The notes below the pieces were generated by a model, which was not told where the DNA came from, made no database searches, and saw only the letters and a list, made by a program, of their open reading frames with translations. This document shows, piece by piece, positions 16,391-25,526 of a stretch of 37,582 bases of DNA. Every line of letters starts with the position of its first letter. The first letter of the stretch is position 1. The position numbers were made by a program, and so were the translations under genes. The stretch comes from a virus, in the IMG/VR virus record IMGVR_UViG_3300045988_169098, one strand, 5' to 3'.

Positions 16391-16498
16391 TTACTTCTTG
16401 TGCTTCGGTCTTCGTCTGATTGCGATGATTATGGCTATCGCGGCGAGGACGTTGGCGATGATGCCGTTGATGACATCGAACCAATCCTTTGGATTCAT
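16391..16498 (-). CDS. Small single-pass membrane peptide (35 aa)
   Basis: Strong RBS aaggagg 6 nt before the ATG. Sequence: MNPKDWFDVINGIIANVLAAIAIIIAIRRRPKHKK. Confidence 0.45.
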   Translation of the reverse strand: MNPKDWFDVINGIIANVLAAIAIIIAIRRRPKHKK

Positions 16499-16517
16499 CG
16501 GACCTCCTTTCTGCTGA

Positions 16518-16550
16518 CATATCTATAGTAACACAATAACTATAGATATG
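16518..16550. promoter_or_regulatory. Perfect 12-bp inverted repeat in AT-rich divergent intergenic region (operator candidate)
   Basis: CATATCTATAGT aacacaata ACTATAGATATG. TATAGT/TATAGA -10-like hexamers lie on both strands. The site sits between the leftward mini-operon and the rightward HNH/terminase genes. Confidence 0.55.
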
Positions 16551-16602
16551 CAAGCCGGGGACACCAAGACGCGCCAACGGACACAATGACTGCGAGGCAT
16601 AC

Positions 16603-17001
16603 ATGAGCTGGCGAGTCTGCTCGACACCCGGATGCCCGAACCTCATCGAGACGCCGGCACGCAAATGCGACGCCTGCGCTCGGGCCCAGCGGGACCGCGC
16701 CCGTACCCGAGGCCATAACCCCTACGGCACCAAGGGGCACCAATCATTCCGCAGGCAAGTGCTCGCACGAGACCCATACTGCACATGCCCCGGCGACTCC
16801 GGACGCGGAGGCTGCGGCAAACACCACGGACTCTGCGGCAATCCAAGCACAATCGCAGACCATTACCCATACGAAAGAACCGAACTCATCGACATGCGAC
16901 TCAACCCCAACGACCCGAAGTTCGGACGAGGCCTATGCAAACAATGCCACGATGTAAAAACCGGCAAAACAAGACCAGCAGGCTTCAACACCAGACAATA
17001 A
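16603..17001 (+). CDS. HNH endonuclease (packaging-associated)
   Basis: ADHYPYERTELI...NPNDPKFGRGLCKQCHDVKTG plus N-terminal Cys pairs. Lies immediately upstream of the terminase genes. Confidence 0.85.
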   Translation: MSWRVCSTPGCPNLIETPARKCDACARAQRDRARTRGHNPYGTKGHQSFRRQVLARDPYCTCPGDSGRGGCGKHHGLCGNPSTIADHYPYERTELIDMRLNPNDPKFGRGLCKQCHDVKTGKTRPAGFNTRQ

Positions 17002-17037
17002 ACAGGAACACTGTGCATCACGACAAAAACAGCCGGC

Positions 17038-17075
17038 AACACCCCCAGGGGGGGGTGGGGTGACGACCACCCCGC
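17038..17075 (+). other. Candidate cos / packaging recognition region
   Basis: C5 run (17042-17046), G8 run (17048-17055), and inverted repeat GGGGTG acgac CACCCC (17057-17073), located between HNH and terS. Confidence 0.3.
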
Positions 17076-17196
17076 TTGGACCGCCGGTGAGCTGTCTGCC
17101 GGGTGCGCAGGGTTCAAACATCGCTGGCGGGCCGCCGCGAGGGCGGTCTCGTCGATCTGTCGCTAGGGCGCAAGGCCATGACGAGAGGTGAACATC

Positions 17197-17724
17197 ATGC
17201 CAAGTGGAGGCAAACGAGTACGCTCCGGGCCGGCCAAGGACCCGAACAGCGAGAAGAGCCGCAGACTCGGATACACATTGCAGAGCCTGCCGAACACCGA
17301 GTGCCGGATGAAGCCGCCGGAATGGCCCTTGGAGCCCGCCGATGACGAGCGCGTCCGCAAACTTGAGGCGGAGAAGTGGAAGTGGCTGTGGAAGCTGCCT
17401 CAGGCACGCGCCTGGCATCTGCCCCAGTTCAAGTGGATGATTCACGAACTGGCGTTGTACGCACGGCTTTCCACCGCATGCGAGATCGCGCCGGCACCCA
17501 CGGCGTTGACCGTGCTGCTGCGCATCTCCGACCGCGTCGGCATGAGCGCCGCCGGATTGCAGGCGTTGGGCTGGAAGATCGAAGCGGAGGCCGAGCGGAA
17601 GCCAGTCGATTCGGAGTTCACGCGCCGCAGGGCCAAGGAGCTGAACCGGGAATCGGCCGCCGAACGCTCTCCCATGGACGAGACGAGGCATGTGTACCGG
17701 CGTCGGATGAGCGGCAATGGCTGA
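17197..17724 (+). CDS. terS: Terminase small subunit
   Basis: ATG 17197 after RBS gagagg. N-terminus MPSGGKRVRSGPAKDPNS is typical of P27-type small terminases. Position between HNH and terL supports the call. Confidence 0.65.
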   Translation: MPSGGKRVRSGPAKDPNSEKSRRLGYTLQSLPNTECRMKPPEWPLEPADDERVRKLEAEKWKWLWKLPQARAWHLPQFKWMIHELALYARLSTACEIAPAPTALTVLLRISDRVGMSAAGLQALGWKIEAEAERKPVDSEFTRRRAKELNRESAAERSPMDETRHVYRRRMSGNG

Positions 17725-18841
17725 CGAGGATTCATGGCTCATCGACTTCCCCACGTTGGGGCATCTGGTGTGCGCGTGGATCGAACGTCACTGCCGGCAG
17801 CCTGACGGCCCGTTGCGAGGCCGTCCGGTGGTGCTGTCCGACTGGCAGTACTGGCTGGCGGCGAACCGTTGGCGCATCCGCGTGGACGCCCCATATGTGC
17901 CGCCCGAGGAAGTCACCGTCGACAATCCGATGGTGCTCAATCAGGCGTTCACCTATCGAATGACGTTGACCGTCGGACCGCAGAAATGGGGCAAGGGGCC
18001 ATGCACGGCGTTCTTCACCGCCGCCGAGGGCTGCGGGCCCACCATCTTCGATGGCTGGGCACAGGAAGGCGACGTGTACCGTTGCGCCGACAACGGCTGT
18101 CCGTGCGGCTGGGAGTGGCCATACAATCCGGGCGAGCCGAAAGGCCGTCGGCATCCGTCGCCGCTCATCCAGCTGACCGCCAACTCCGAGGAACAGGTAC
18201 GCAACATCTACCGTCCTCTCGTGGCGACGATCCTGCTGGGCCCGCTCAAGGAGCTCATGCGCGTGAGGGACACCTTCATCCGCATACTGCAGCCGGGGCG
18301 CGAAGGCGAGGCCGACGCCTTGGACCTGGACCGCATCGACGTGGTGACCGCCTCAGCGAAATCCCGTCTGGGCAACCCGATCACGGACGCCGAACAGGAC
18401 GAGGCCGGCCTGTACACGAAATCGAACGGCATGATAGCGGTCGCCACCACGCAGCGCCGAGGAGCCGCCGGCATGGGCGGCCGCACACATGCGTGGACGA
18501 ACGCATGGGATCCGGGCGAGGACAGTTACGCGCAGCAGGTGTTCGAGAACGCCGAGGACGACGTGTTCGTGTTCTACCGGAACCCCGATCTCGCGAAATC
18601 ATTGCGACACCGCGACGGCCGCCCATTGGACTTCAACCTGAAATCCGAACGGTTGAAGATGCTCGAATACGTGTACCGCGGCTCACCATGGGTCGACCTG
18701 AACTCCATCGAATCGGAAGCCAAGGCGCTGATGAAGACCGACCCTACCCAAGCGGAACGGTTCTTCGGGAACCGTCTGGTGCAGGGCGGCGGCGCATGGC
18801 TCGAAGACGGACTGTGGGAGAGCTGCTATGCCGGCGCATGA
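17717..18841 (+). CDS. terL: Terminase large subunit, ATPase part (first of two ORFs)
   Basis: Walker A-like GPQKWGKGP and Walker B-like AEQDEAGLY. Ends at TGA 18839-18841. Confidence 0.8.
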   Translation: MADEDSWLIDFPTLGHLVCAWIERHCRQPDGPLRGRPVVLSDWQYWLAANRWRIRVDAPYVPPEEVTVDNPMVLNQAFTYRMTLTVGPQKWGKGPCTAFFTAAEGCGPTIFDGWAQEGDVYRCADNGCPCGWEWPYNPGEPKGRRHPSPLIQLTANSEEQVRNIYRPLVATILLGPLKELMRVRDTFIRILQPGREGEADALDLDRIDVVTASAKSRLGNPITDAEQDEAGLYTKSNGMIAVATTQRRGAAGMGGRTHAWTNAWDPGEDSYAQQVFENAEDDVFVFYRNPDLAKSLRHRDGRPLDFNLKSERLKMLEYVYRGSPWVDLNSIESEAKALMKTDPTQAERFFGNRLVQGGGAWLEDGLWESCYAGA

Positions 18842-19484
18842 ACTCTGGTTGCCGAACCCGCCAAAAGGCACGCGCGTATGCGCGGGCTTCGACGGTTCGG
18901 AGAACGACGACTGGACATGCATCAAGATGGAGACCCTCGACGGGCTGATATTCACACCCCGATACGGGCCCGACCAGCGTGCGACCATCTGGAACCCGAA
19001 ACAATGGGGCGGCCGCATCCCCCGCGCCGAGGTATCCGCAGCATGGGCGGAACTCAACGAACGCTACAAAATCGAACGCGCCTACTGCGACCCCGGCTTC
19101 CGCGACGAACTGTCATGGGAATCGGAGATAGAAGCATGGGATCGCGCCTACGGGCCGAAGAAATTCATGCCATGGAGCATGTCGGGCAGCTCCCGCATCG
19201 GAGCCGTCTACGAGGCATTGCGCCGATTCGAAGCCGACCTGACCACACACCGCATCACGCAGGACGGCTGCCCCATCACCCGCACCCACATGATGAACGC
19301 GCGAAAGGTCGCCAAGACCCTGGAACGCTACGGACTGGCGAAACCCCAACAGAACAGGAAAATAGACGCCGCCGTGACCAGCGTGCTCGCCCACGAAGCC
19401 GCATGCGACGCGCGAGCCGCCGGCTGGGGCGCTCGCAAACACAATTACATGCTTACCGGATCATCGACCAGAAGGAGGTACTGA
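18828..19484 (+). CDS. terL: Terminase large subunit, nuclease part (second ORF, +1 frame)
   Basis: RNaseH-like acidic motifs VCAGFDGSENDDWT, AYCDPG and KIDAAVTSVLAHEA. This frame is open from 18735. Confidence 0.8.
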   Translation: MPAHELWLPNPPKGTRVCAGFDGSENDDWTCIKMETLDGLIFTPRYGPDQRATIWNPKQWGGRIPRAEVSAAWAELNERYKIERAYCDPGFRDELSWESEIEAWDRAYGPKKFMPWSMSGSSRIGAVYEALRRFEADLTTHRITQDGCPITRTHMMNARKVAKTLERYGLAKPQQNRKIDAAVTSVLAHEAACDARAAGWGARKHNYMLTGSSTRRRY

Positions 19485-20977
19485 TGGACTACAGCCAGCA
19501 GGAACTGTCCTCATTGGCGAACCGACTGGCCGATAAGATCCAGTTCCGTCGACCCAGCATCGGCACCCACACCGATTACGTCTTGGGCAAACGCGGCAAG
19601 CTCAAGTTCGCGTCCAAGGAATTCAAGCGCTACATGAGCGACCGGTTCTCCGACTTCTCCGACAACTGGTGCCTCCCCGTGGCGCAGGCCCCAGTGGAAC
19701 GCATCAAGTTCAAGGGCTTCGTCCCTTATGATGACGTGAAGCTCGGCACCGGCATCATGAAATGCCTCGACCGCAACGACTTCGAACGCGGACTTCAGGA
19801 AGCCGCGCTGATGATGACCACCACGGGCCGCGCGTTCGCTTTGGTCACGCAGGTCGACGGCAGGGCCCGCATCACGTTCGAGCACCCGGACAGCGCCGCA
19901 GTCATCTACGATGCGCGCACCGGCCAGCCGTCAGCCGGGTTCCTCATCCAGCAGGGCGACGACAAGGAGTACGGCACCCTCATGCTGCCCGGCTGGACGG
20001 TCAGCATGGAACGCAAGAAGATGCTCGATCTGACCGACCAGCGCGTGCCGCCCGACGTGTACGGCTGGAAGATGAATGACCCTCAGCCCACCGGTCTGGA
20101 CACGATCCCCCTGCGCGAGTTCCGCAACCAGATGCTATTGGACAATGCGCCGATCAGCGACATCGCGCACGTCGAATCGATGCAGGACACGGTCAACGTC
20201 GTATGGGCCTACCTGCTGAACGCATTGGACTACGCCTCACTGCCGGCACGAGTCATCCTCGGCGGAGACCCGCTCGTCGAGCCCGTCTACAACGAGGAGG
20301 GACAGCAGGTCGGCGAAAAGCCCATCGAACTCGACAAGCAGGTGCTGGAGCGCATCTACCAGTTCACCGGCGACAACGTGAACCTGGGCGAATGGTCAAG
20401 CTCGAACCTGAACGTGTTCATCCCGGTCATCGAGAAGGCCGTGGAACATATCGCCGCCGAAACACGCACCCCCGGCCATTACCTGCTGACAAACGCGGAG
20501 GTTCCCGCCACAGGCTACGAGGTCGCCGAAGCCGGCCTCGTATCCAAGACCATCGAACGCATCAGCTTCCTGAAATCCCCCATCCGCGACATCTGCAGCA
20601 TCGCCATGCGCTACGAGAACGACGTGGCTGAGGCGGACATCATCGCCGACTCCAAGGTGCAGTTCGCGACCCCGCAGTATCGCAGCGAGACGCTGATGGC
20701 GGACGCGATGCTCAAGTACAAGCAGCTCGGCTTCCCGATCCAATGGGTCGCGGAGCAGATGGGCCAAAGCTCGGACGAGGTGCAGCGCATCATGCGCATG
20801 CGCGCCGACGAGATGGCCGACCCCGAACTCGAATCGTTGAACCGTGCCCTGCAGATCGGAGGCGCTGATGGCGGTCGAATCGCAGGTGCTGGCCTACAGC
20901 CAGAAACGGCTGGCGACGTTGGAGCTGACGGCGGACAGGGCCGCTCGCAGAACATGGAACAGGGTCGACGCCAATAA
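19484..20977 (+). CDS. Portal protein
   Basis: ATG 19484 after RBS gaaggagg, overlapping the terL TGA. About 497 aa. Position and size are typical. The upstream part of track ORF 18878.. is non-coding for this gene. Confidence 0.8.
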   Translation: MDYSQQELSSLANRLADKIQFRRPSIGTHTDYVLGKRGKLKFASKEFKRYMSDRFSDFSDNWCLPVAQAPVERIKFKGFVPYDDVKLGTGIMKCLDRNDFERGLQEAALMMTTTGRAFALVTQVDGRARITFEHPDSAAVIYDARTGQPSAGFLIQQGDDKEYGTLMLPGWTVSMERKKMLDLTDQRVPPDVYGWKMNDPQPTGLDTIPLREFRNQMLLDNAPISDIAHVESMQDTVNVVWAYLLNALDYASLPARVILGGDPLVEPVYNEEGQQVGEKPIELDKQVLERIYQFTGDNVNLGEWSSSNLNVFIPVIEKAVEHIAAETRTPGHYLLTNAEVPATGYEVAEAGLVSKTIERISFLKSPIRDICSIAMRYENDVAEADIIADSKVQFATPQYRSETLMADAMLKYKQLGFPIQWVAEQMGQSSDEVQRIMRMRADEMADPELESLNRALQIGGADGGRIAGAGLQPETAGDVGADGGQGRSQNMEQGRRQ

Positions 20978-22079
20978 CATCCAGGCGTCGTGGAAGTCGA
21001 TAAGCCGCGACTTCCTCACCCTGTTCTCCACGATCCAAACCAAGTCCGCCGAAACGGCCATCGACGCGAGCGGCATGATGCTCGCCGAACAGGGCGTCTA
21101 CATCACGCCACACGCCTTGGCCAACCCGAACGCATTCGCCGGTTGGGCACCGTCCGGCCTCGACATCGCATCCTACTTCCAATCCCCCGTGTTCGCAGCC
21201 CTGCACGCGATACGCACCGGCAGCTCCTCATTGGAGGCGTTGGAATACGGACGCAACCTGCTGGTAATGCTCACCTCTCTGGCCGTCATGGACACCGCCC
21301 GCCAGGCGGAGTCACTGGACATCACCAGCCGTCCCAAGGTCGGCTACATCCGCGTCGAATCCGCCACCTGCTGCGACAGGTGCATGATATTGGCCGGCAA
21401 ATGGTTCCGATTCAACGAGGGGTTCCTGCGCCACCCCCACTGCCACGGCCGCCACGTGCCCTGCAGCCAGAGCATGGCCAAACAGCAGGGATGGATCAGC
21501 GGCCCTATGGAGGGTTTCAAAAGTCTCTCCCATGAGGAGCAGGACAAACGCTTCGGCACGAACTACGCCCAGGCCATCCGCGACGGGGCCGACATCTACC
21601 AGGTCGTCAACTCGAAACGCGGCATGCGGAAGGTGGGCAAAGGCTATACGGCGTTGACCACCAGCGAGGGCACCACCCGATACGGGTGGGCCAGCATGCA
21701 ATACGCGCAACAGTCCGGACGGAGGATGAAACGCCGCCTGTCCATCGACGGCATCTACTCGCTGACCGGAGGCGACCGGGAGAAGACCATAGCCGCGTTG
21801 AAGGCCAACGGATATTTCGTGGACAACGACTGGCGCGGCAAGGTGCCCGAGATCCGCAAGGGCATGTGGCTGCACGACAACACGTACCGGCAGGGGCGCG
21901 TCGAACTGTTGACCGCCGCCGAGAAGCGCGTTCAGACCGCGAAGCTCCGCTACGAGGCCGTATTGGAGGGACGCAACCCCAACGATGGCCGCATGCCCCT
22001 CACCCCCGAAATCGCGGCCCAGTGCGAACGCGAATACCGCCGATGGGTCACCTCCGGCGGCCAGATTTTCCAGCAATGA
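20868..22079 (+). CDS. MuF / SPP1 gp7-like head morphogenesis (minor capsid) protein
   Basis: YIRVESATCCDRCMILAGKWFRFNEGFLRHPHCHGRHVPC matches the MuF-family Cys/His block. ATG 20868 follows RBS ggagg. Overlaps the portal 3' end by 110 nt. Confidence 0.75.
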   Translation: MAVESQVLAYSQKRLATLELTADRAARRTWNRVDANNIQASWKSISRDFLTLFSTIQTKSAETAIDASGMMLAEQGVYITPHALANPNAFAGWAPSGLDIASYFQSPVFAALHAIRTGSSSLEALEYGRNLLVMLTSLAVMDTARQAESLDITSRPKVGYIRVESATCCDRCMILAGKWFRFNEGFLRHPHCHGRHVPCSQSMAKQQGWISGPMEGFKSLSHEEQDKRFGTNYAQAIRDGADIYQVVNSKRGMRKVGKGYTALTTSEGTTRYGWASMQYAQQSGRRMKRRLSIDGIYSLTGGDREKTIAALKANGYFVDNDWRGKVPEIRKGMWLHDNTYRQGRVELLTAAEKRVQTAKLRYEAVLEGRNPNDGRMPLTPEIAAQCEREYRRWVTSGGQIFQQ

Positions 22080-22102
22080 TCCAGCGAATCGAAAGGAAGA
22101 AC

Positions 22103-22717
22103 ATGGATCCCGCAAACCAGAACCAGCAGACAGGCGACAACAAGGCCAAGAAGCCGGAGAACACCGGCGGCGAGGATTGGCAGTCGAAGTTCGAGGGCCA
22201 GCGGAAAGTCAACCGCGACCTCGAAAAGAAACTGAACGAAGCCTACGCCAAGGCCGACAAGGTAGACGAACTCGAAAAACAGATCGCCGCCCTGCAGGGC
22301 AAGGAGGCCGAATACGAGGCCGCCCGGAAGGAGCAGGCCGTCAAGGACGAGGCCCTTGCCGCCGCCAACCAGCGCATCCTCAAGGCCGAAGTCCGCGCCG
22401 CAGCCAGCGGCAAGCTCACCGACCCGGCCGACGCCCTGCGCTACCTCGACCTGTCCAAATTCACCGTCACGGATGACGGCGGCGTGGACACGCAGGCCAT
22501 CGCCGACTCCATCGGCGAACTGCTGGAACAGAAACCTTATCTCGGGAAAGCCGAGCAAGCGCCCTCGGGCGCGAACATCACGCCGCCCAGCGGAACACGG
22601 GACGGCGACCGCCATCAGGGTCAGCTCACCCGAGACGACCTGAAAACCATGAGCCCCGCAGAAATCGTCAAAGCCCAACAGGACGGACGACTGAAGGACC
22701 TGCTCGGAGCCAACTAA
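22103..22717 (+). CDS. Scaffolding protein
   Basis: ATG 22103 after RBS gaaaggaag. 204 aa, highly charged coiled coil (KKLNEAYAKADKVDELEKQIAALQGKEAEYEAARKEQ). Lies directly before the capsid gene. Confidence 0.7.
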   Translation: MDPANQNQQTGDNKAKKPENTGGEDWQSKFEGQRKVNRDLEKKLNEAYAKADKVDELEKQIAALQGKEAEYEAARKEQAVKDEALAAANQRILKAEVRAAASGKLTDPADALRYLDLSKFTVTDDGGVDTQAIADSIGELLEQKPYLGKAEQAPSGANITPPSGTRDGDRHQGQLTRDDLKTMSPAEIVKAQQDGRLKDLLGAN

Positions 22718-22734
22718 ACAGAAGGAGGCCTTAA

Positions 22735-23592
22735 ATGGCCATCACCAATTTCATCCCCGAACTGTGGAGCGCCAACATCCTGCTGGAACTCCAGAAGAAC
22801 CTCGTCTACGGTTCCGCAGTGAACCGCGACTACGAGGGCGACATCGCCAACTACGGCGACACCGTGCACATCACCGGCATCGCGCACATCAGCATCGGCG
22901 ACTACACGGCCCACACCGACATCACCATCGAACCGGCCACCGACAAGGACGCCGGCGAACTCGTCATCAACCAGAGCAAGTACTTCGCGTTCGAAATCGA
23001 CGACGTGGAGAAGCGCCAGGCCATGAACAACCTGACCGCCGCATATTCCCGGGACGCCGCCTACAAGCTGCGCGACCTGACCGACCAGTACCTGGCCGGC
23101 CTGATGGCAGCCGGCGCGAAGAGCAAGCTCGACCCGATTTCCGGCGCCACCGCCACCAAGGCGTACGACACCATCGTGGATCTGGCCACCGCATTGGACA
23201 AGCAGAACGTGCCAGACGCGGGCCGTTGGGTCATCGTCACCCCGGACTTCTACGGTCTGCTGCGCAAGGACAGCCGTTTCGTCGCTGGCGCCGAGTCCGC
23301 TCATTCCACGCTGCTCAACGGCGTGGTCGGTGAGGCCGCGGGCATGACCATCCTCAAGTCCAACAACGCTCCCGCAGCCAAGGGCGGCTCTGCCTCGGCT
23401 CAGACCGATGAGGGCAACGTCATCATCGCCGGCACCAACGCGGCCACCACGTTCGCGGAGCAGATCGCCAAGGTCGAGGCCACCCGCAAGGAGAAGGGCT
23501 TCGACGACATCGTCAAGGGGCTGCACCTGTACGGCGCGAAGGTCGTGCGCCCCGAAGCGCTGGCCACCGTACACTTCAAGGTGGGCAAGTGA
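22735..23592 (+). CDS. Major capsid protein
   Basis: 285 aa with strong RBS gaaggagg. The N-terminus MAITNFIPELWSANILLELQKNLVYG is typical of a major capsid family. Follows the scaffold gene. Confidence 0.8.
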   Translation: MAITNFIPELWSANILLELQKNLVYGSAVNRDYEGDIANYGDTVHITGIAHISIGDYTAHTDITIEPATDKDAGELVINQSKYFAFEIDDVEKRQAMNNLTAAYSRDAAYKLRDLTDQYLAGLMAAGAKSKLDPISGATATKAYDTIVDLATALDKQNVPDAGRWVIVTPDFYGLLRKDSRFVAGAESAHSTLLNGVVGEAAGMTILKSNNAPAAKGGSASAQTDEGNVIIAGTNAATTFAEQIAKVEATRKEKGFDDIVKGLHLYGAKVVRPEALATVHFKVGK

Positions 23593-23656
23593 TGGCCGGC
23601 AGCTATGAGGCCATGCCCTACGTGGGCGAAGCCGAATAACCGCATAAGGGGGGCTC

Positions 23657-24241
23657 ATGGACACGCTGGCAACGATCAAGGACCTTGATTCATACGGCAT
23701 CGAATACGCGGACGAAAAGCTCGCGGGCAAGCTGCTCGAATCGGTTTCCGCAGCGGTGCGCGACGCCGCCGGCTGCCCCATCACACGCGGCGAATACACG
23801 GTGACCATCCCCGGCGAAACCTCACGCAGGCTCGACCTGCCCATGCGCCCCGTGATTTCCGTGAGCCGCGTGCTCATGGACGGCGAGCAGACCGGTGATT
23901 GGAAACTGCTCGGCAACGCGCTGTACAGGGAAAGCCTGTGGAGCCTGCCGAACATGGTCCCCCGCTCCATCACCGTCACCATGCTCGCCGGCTATGACCC
24001 GATCCCCCCGGACATCGTGCGCCTCGTGTGCAGCATGGTCGCAGCCGGACTCGTCCAGCAGTCGAACGGCGGCCCCGGCGCTCACCGCGACGAATCGTAC
24101 GCACGAATCGACGACGTGCAGATCGGCTACCGTCAGGGCGACTCCGAGATCATCGACGCACTCGAACTGCCCGAGGGCACGAAACGAGCCCTCCGCAACA
24201 GGTTCGGCATGCGAGGCATCGCCATAGGGGTGTTCCGATGA
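23657..24241 (+). CDS. Head-tail connector / adaptor protein (position-based)
   Basis: 194-aa ORF, first gene after the capsid gene. Confidence 0.55.
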   Translation: MDTLATIKDLDSYGIEYADEKLAGKLLESVSAAVRDAAGCPITRGEYTVTIPGETSRRLDLPMRPVISVSRVLMDGEQTGDWKLLGNALYRESLWSLPNMVPRSITVTMLAGYDPIPPDIVRLVCSMVAAGLVQQSNGGPGAHRDESYARIDDVQIGYRQGDSEIIDALELPEGTKRALRNRFGMRGIAIGVFR

Positions 24242-24660
24242 ACGTGCAGCACATCCTCAACCGAGGCCGACAGCTCGCCGAATCATTGATGACCGACCAA
24301 TGCCGCGTCACCCATATGGGCAAACCGGTCACCGACCCCGAAACGGGACTGGTGGAACCGGCCGCGAACACCGTGTATGAGGGCAAGTGCAAGGTGCAGA
24401 CCTCGGGCGGTCTGGCCGCCGAGAACACGGAGGGCGGCATCGTCGAAGCGTTGGGTGCCGTCACCCCCGTGTGGAGCATGTACGTGCATTTCCCCTACGG
24501 CACCACGGGTTTATTGCCGGGCGACGTGTGCGAGATAACCGAAGCCGCCGACCCGAATCTCAAGGGCAGGAAACTCCGGTTGTTGAACATGCAGTCCGAG
24601 AAGACACACTCCACCGCATGCCGGTGGAACGTGAAGGAGGTGGGCAACAGCAATGAGTGA
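24238..24660 (+). CDS. Head closure / neck protein (position-based)
   Basis: ATG 24238 overlaps the previous TGA. 140 aa (MNVQHILNRGRQLAESLMTDQCRV...). Confidence 0.5.
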   Translation: MNVQHILNRGRQLAESLMTDQCRVTHMGKPVTDPETGLVEPAANTVYEGKCKVQTSGGLAAENTEGGIVEALGAVTPVWSMYVHFPYGTTGLLPGDVCEITEAADPNLKGRKLRLLNMQSEKTHSTACRWNVKEVGNSNE

Positions 24661-25051
24661 CGTGACAGTCGACGCTTCGGAGCTGACCGCTTTCGGCCGC
24701 AGGGTCGCCGCAGCGCACGCCATGGCTTCGGTCAAGGTCGCGCAGGCGGTGAAGAAGGGCGCGCAAAACGTCAAGGAAGGCGTCATCTCCGACCTGCAGA
24801 CATCATCGAACTACGCGATCAGCCGTATCGGCATCGGCTACGAAATGGGCAGCACCGGCACCACCATTTATGCGGATGTGAGCCCCCGCGACGGCGGAGC
24901 TTCCGACTTGGCCAACATCGCGTTCTTCGGCACCGCGAAAGGCGGCGGAACCCACTGGTTTTACCAGTTCGCCGAACAGGAATTGCCCACGCTCGCCGAA
25001 TACGTGGGAGACGCGGCCGACGACATGCTGATAGGAGCCATCGGATTATGA
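24653..25051 (+). CDS. Neck/tail-joining protein, HK97 gp10-like (position-based)
   Basis: 132 aa with overlapping start. Neck-module position. Confidence 0.5.
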   Translation: MSDVTVDASELTAFGRRVAAAHAMASVKVAQAVKKGAQNVKEGVISDLQTSSNYAISRIGIGYEMGSTGTTIYADVSPRDGGASDLANIAFFGTAKGGGTHWFYQFAEQELPTLAEYVGDAADDMLIGAIGL

Positions 25052-25464
25052 GCGTCATGGACTTGACCAATGCGGTTCTCGACCTGCTGCCCTCCATGCC
25101 GTCCGGCGTGAAGGTGTACAGGCAGGAGGAGCCGCTGGAGTCGGAGATGCCGCCGTGGATCATCGCGCACGTCTCCACCGACCGTCATGTGGCGGCGGAG
25201 ACGATGCGGTTCACCGCCCACTCCGCCCTGCTGGAGGTTCGCGCCGTCAGCACCACCGCCGACAGCGTGAACATCTGGTGCGACGACATGCTGATCCCCG
25301 CGTTGGCGAACCGCTCCCCCACCCGGCCGCCGGGCTACACGGTCGGACAGCTCACCCTGTACGAGGATTCCGGCGCATACCCGGCCGGTCTGACCGCCGA
25401 CGACACCGCGCGCCGCTACCAGGTGCGCGTCCTGAGGTTCCGCTTCACGTGGAGCCGACCGTAA
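25048..25464 (+). CDS. Tail terminator-like protein (position-based)
   Basis: 138 aa with ATGA overlap. Last gene before the major tail protein. Confidence 0.5.
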   Translation: MSVMDLTNAVLDLLPSMPSGVKVYRQEEPLESEMPPWIIAHVSTDRHVAAETMRFTAHSALLEVRAVSTTADSVNIWCDDMLIPALANRSPTRPPGYTVGQLTLYEDSGAYPAGLTADDTARRYQVRVLRFRFTWSRP

Positions 25465-25494
25465 TCAACCAATCATTTACCAAAAGCCTTCAAC

Positions 25495-25526
25495 GCCACC
25501 CCATACGGGGGGTGGCTTTTTGCTTT
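25495..25526 (+). terminator. Rho-independent terminator / attenuator before the major tail gene
   Basis: gccacccc atac(gg) ggggtggc followed by tttttgcttt. Confidence 0.6.

Noticed and set aside
17048-17055. G8 homopolymer as a slipped-strand phase-variation tract.
   Set aside because: It lies in non-coding DNA between HNH and terS, with no ORF or obvious promoter spacing that a length change would switch. It is treated only as part of the candidate cos region.
20868-20977. 110-nt overlap between the portal and MuF-like genes as a sign of a frameshift or misassembly.
   Set aside because: Both reading frames have sensible ends: the MuF-like N-terminus begins at an RBS-preceded ATG, and the portal frame simply runs on to its stop. 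The overlap is noted but does not justify a call without comparison data.
22714-23982. Very long minus-strand ORFs opposite well-supported genes (22714..23982, 31005..32309, 35728..36918, 4669..5718, 9322..10194, 14234..15094, 16933..17754, 21312..22115, 7901..8677).
   Set aside because: These are mirror-frame ORFs typical of high-GC DNA. Their translations are Arg/Gly/Ala/Val-rich low-complexity strings without motifs. Each lies antisense to a gene with clear motifs, an RBS and operon context.
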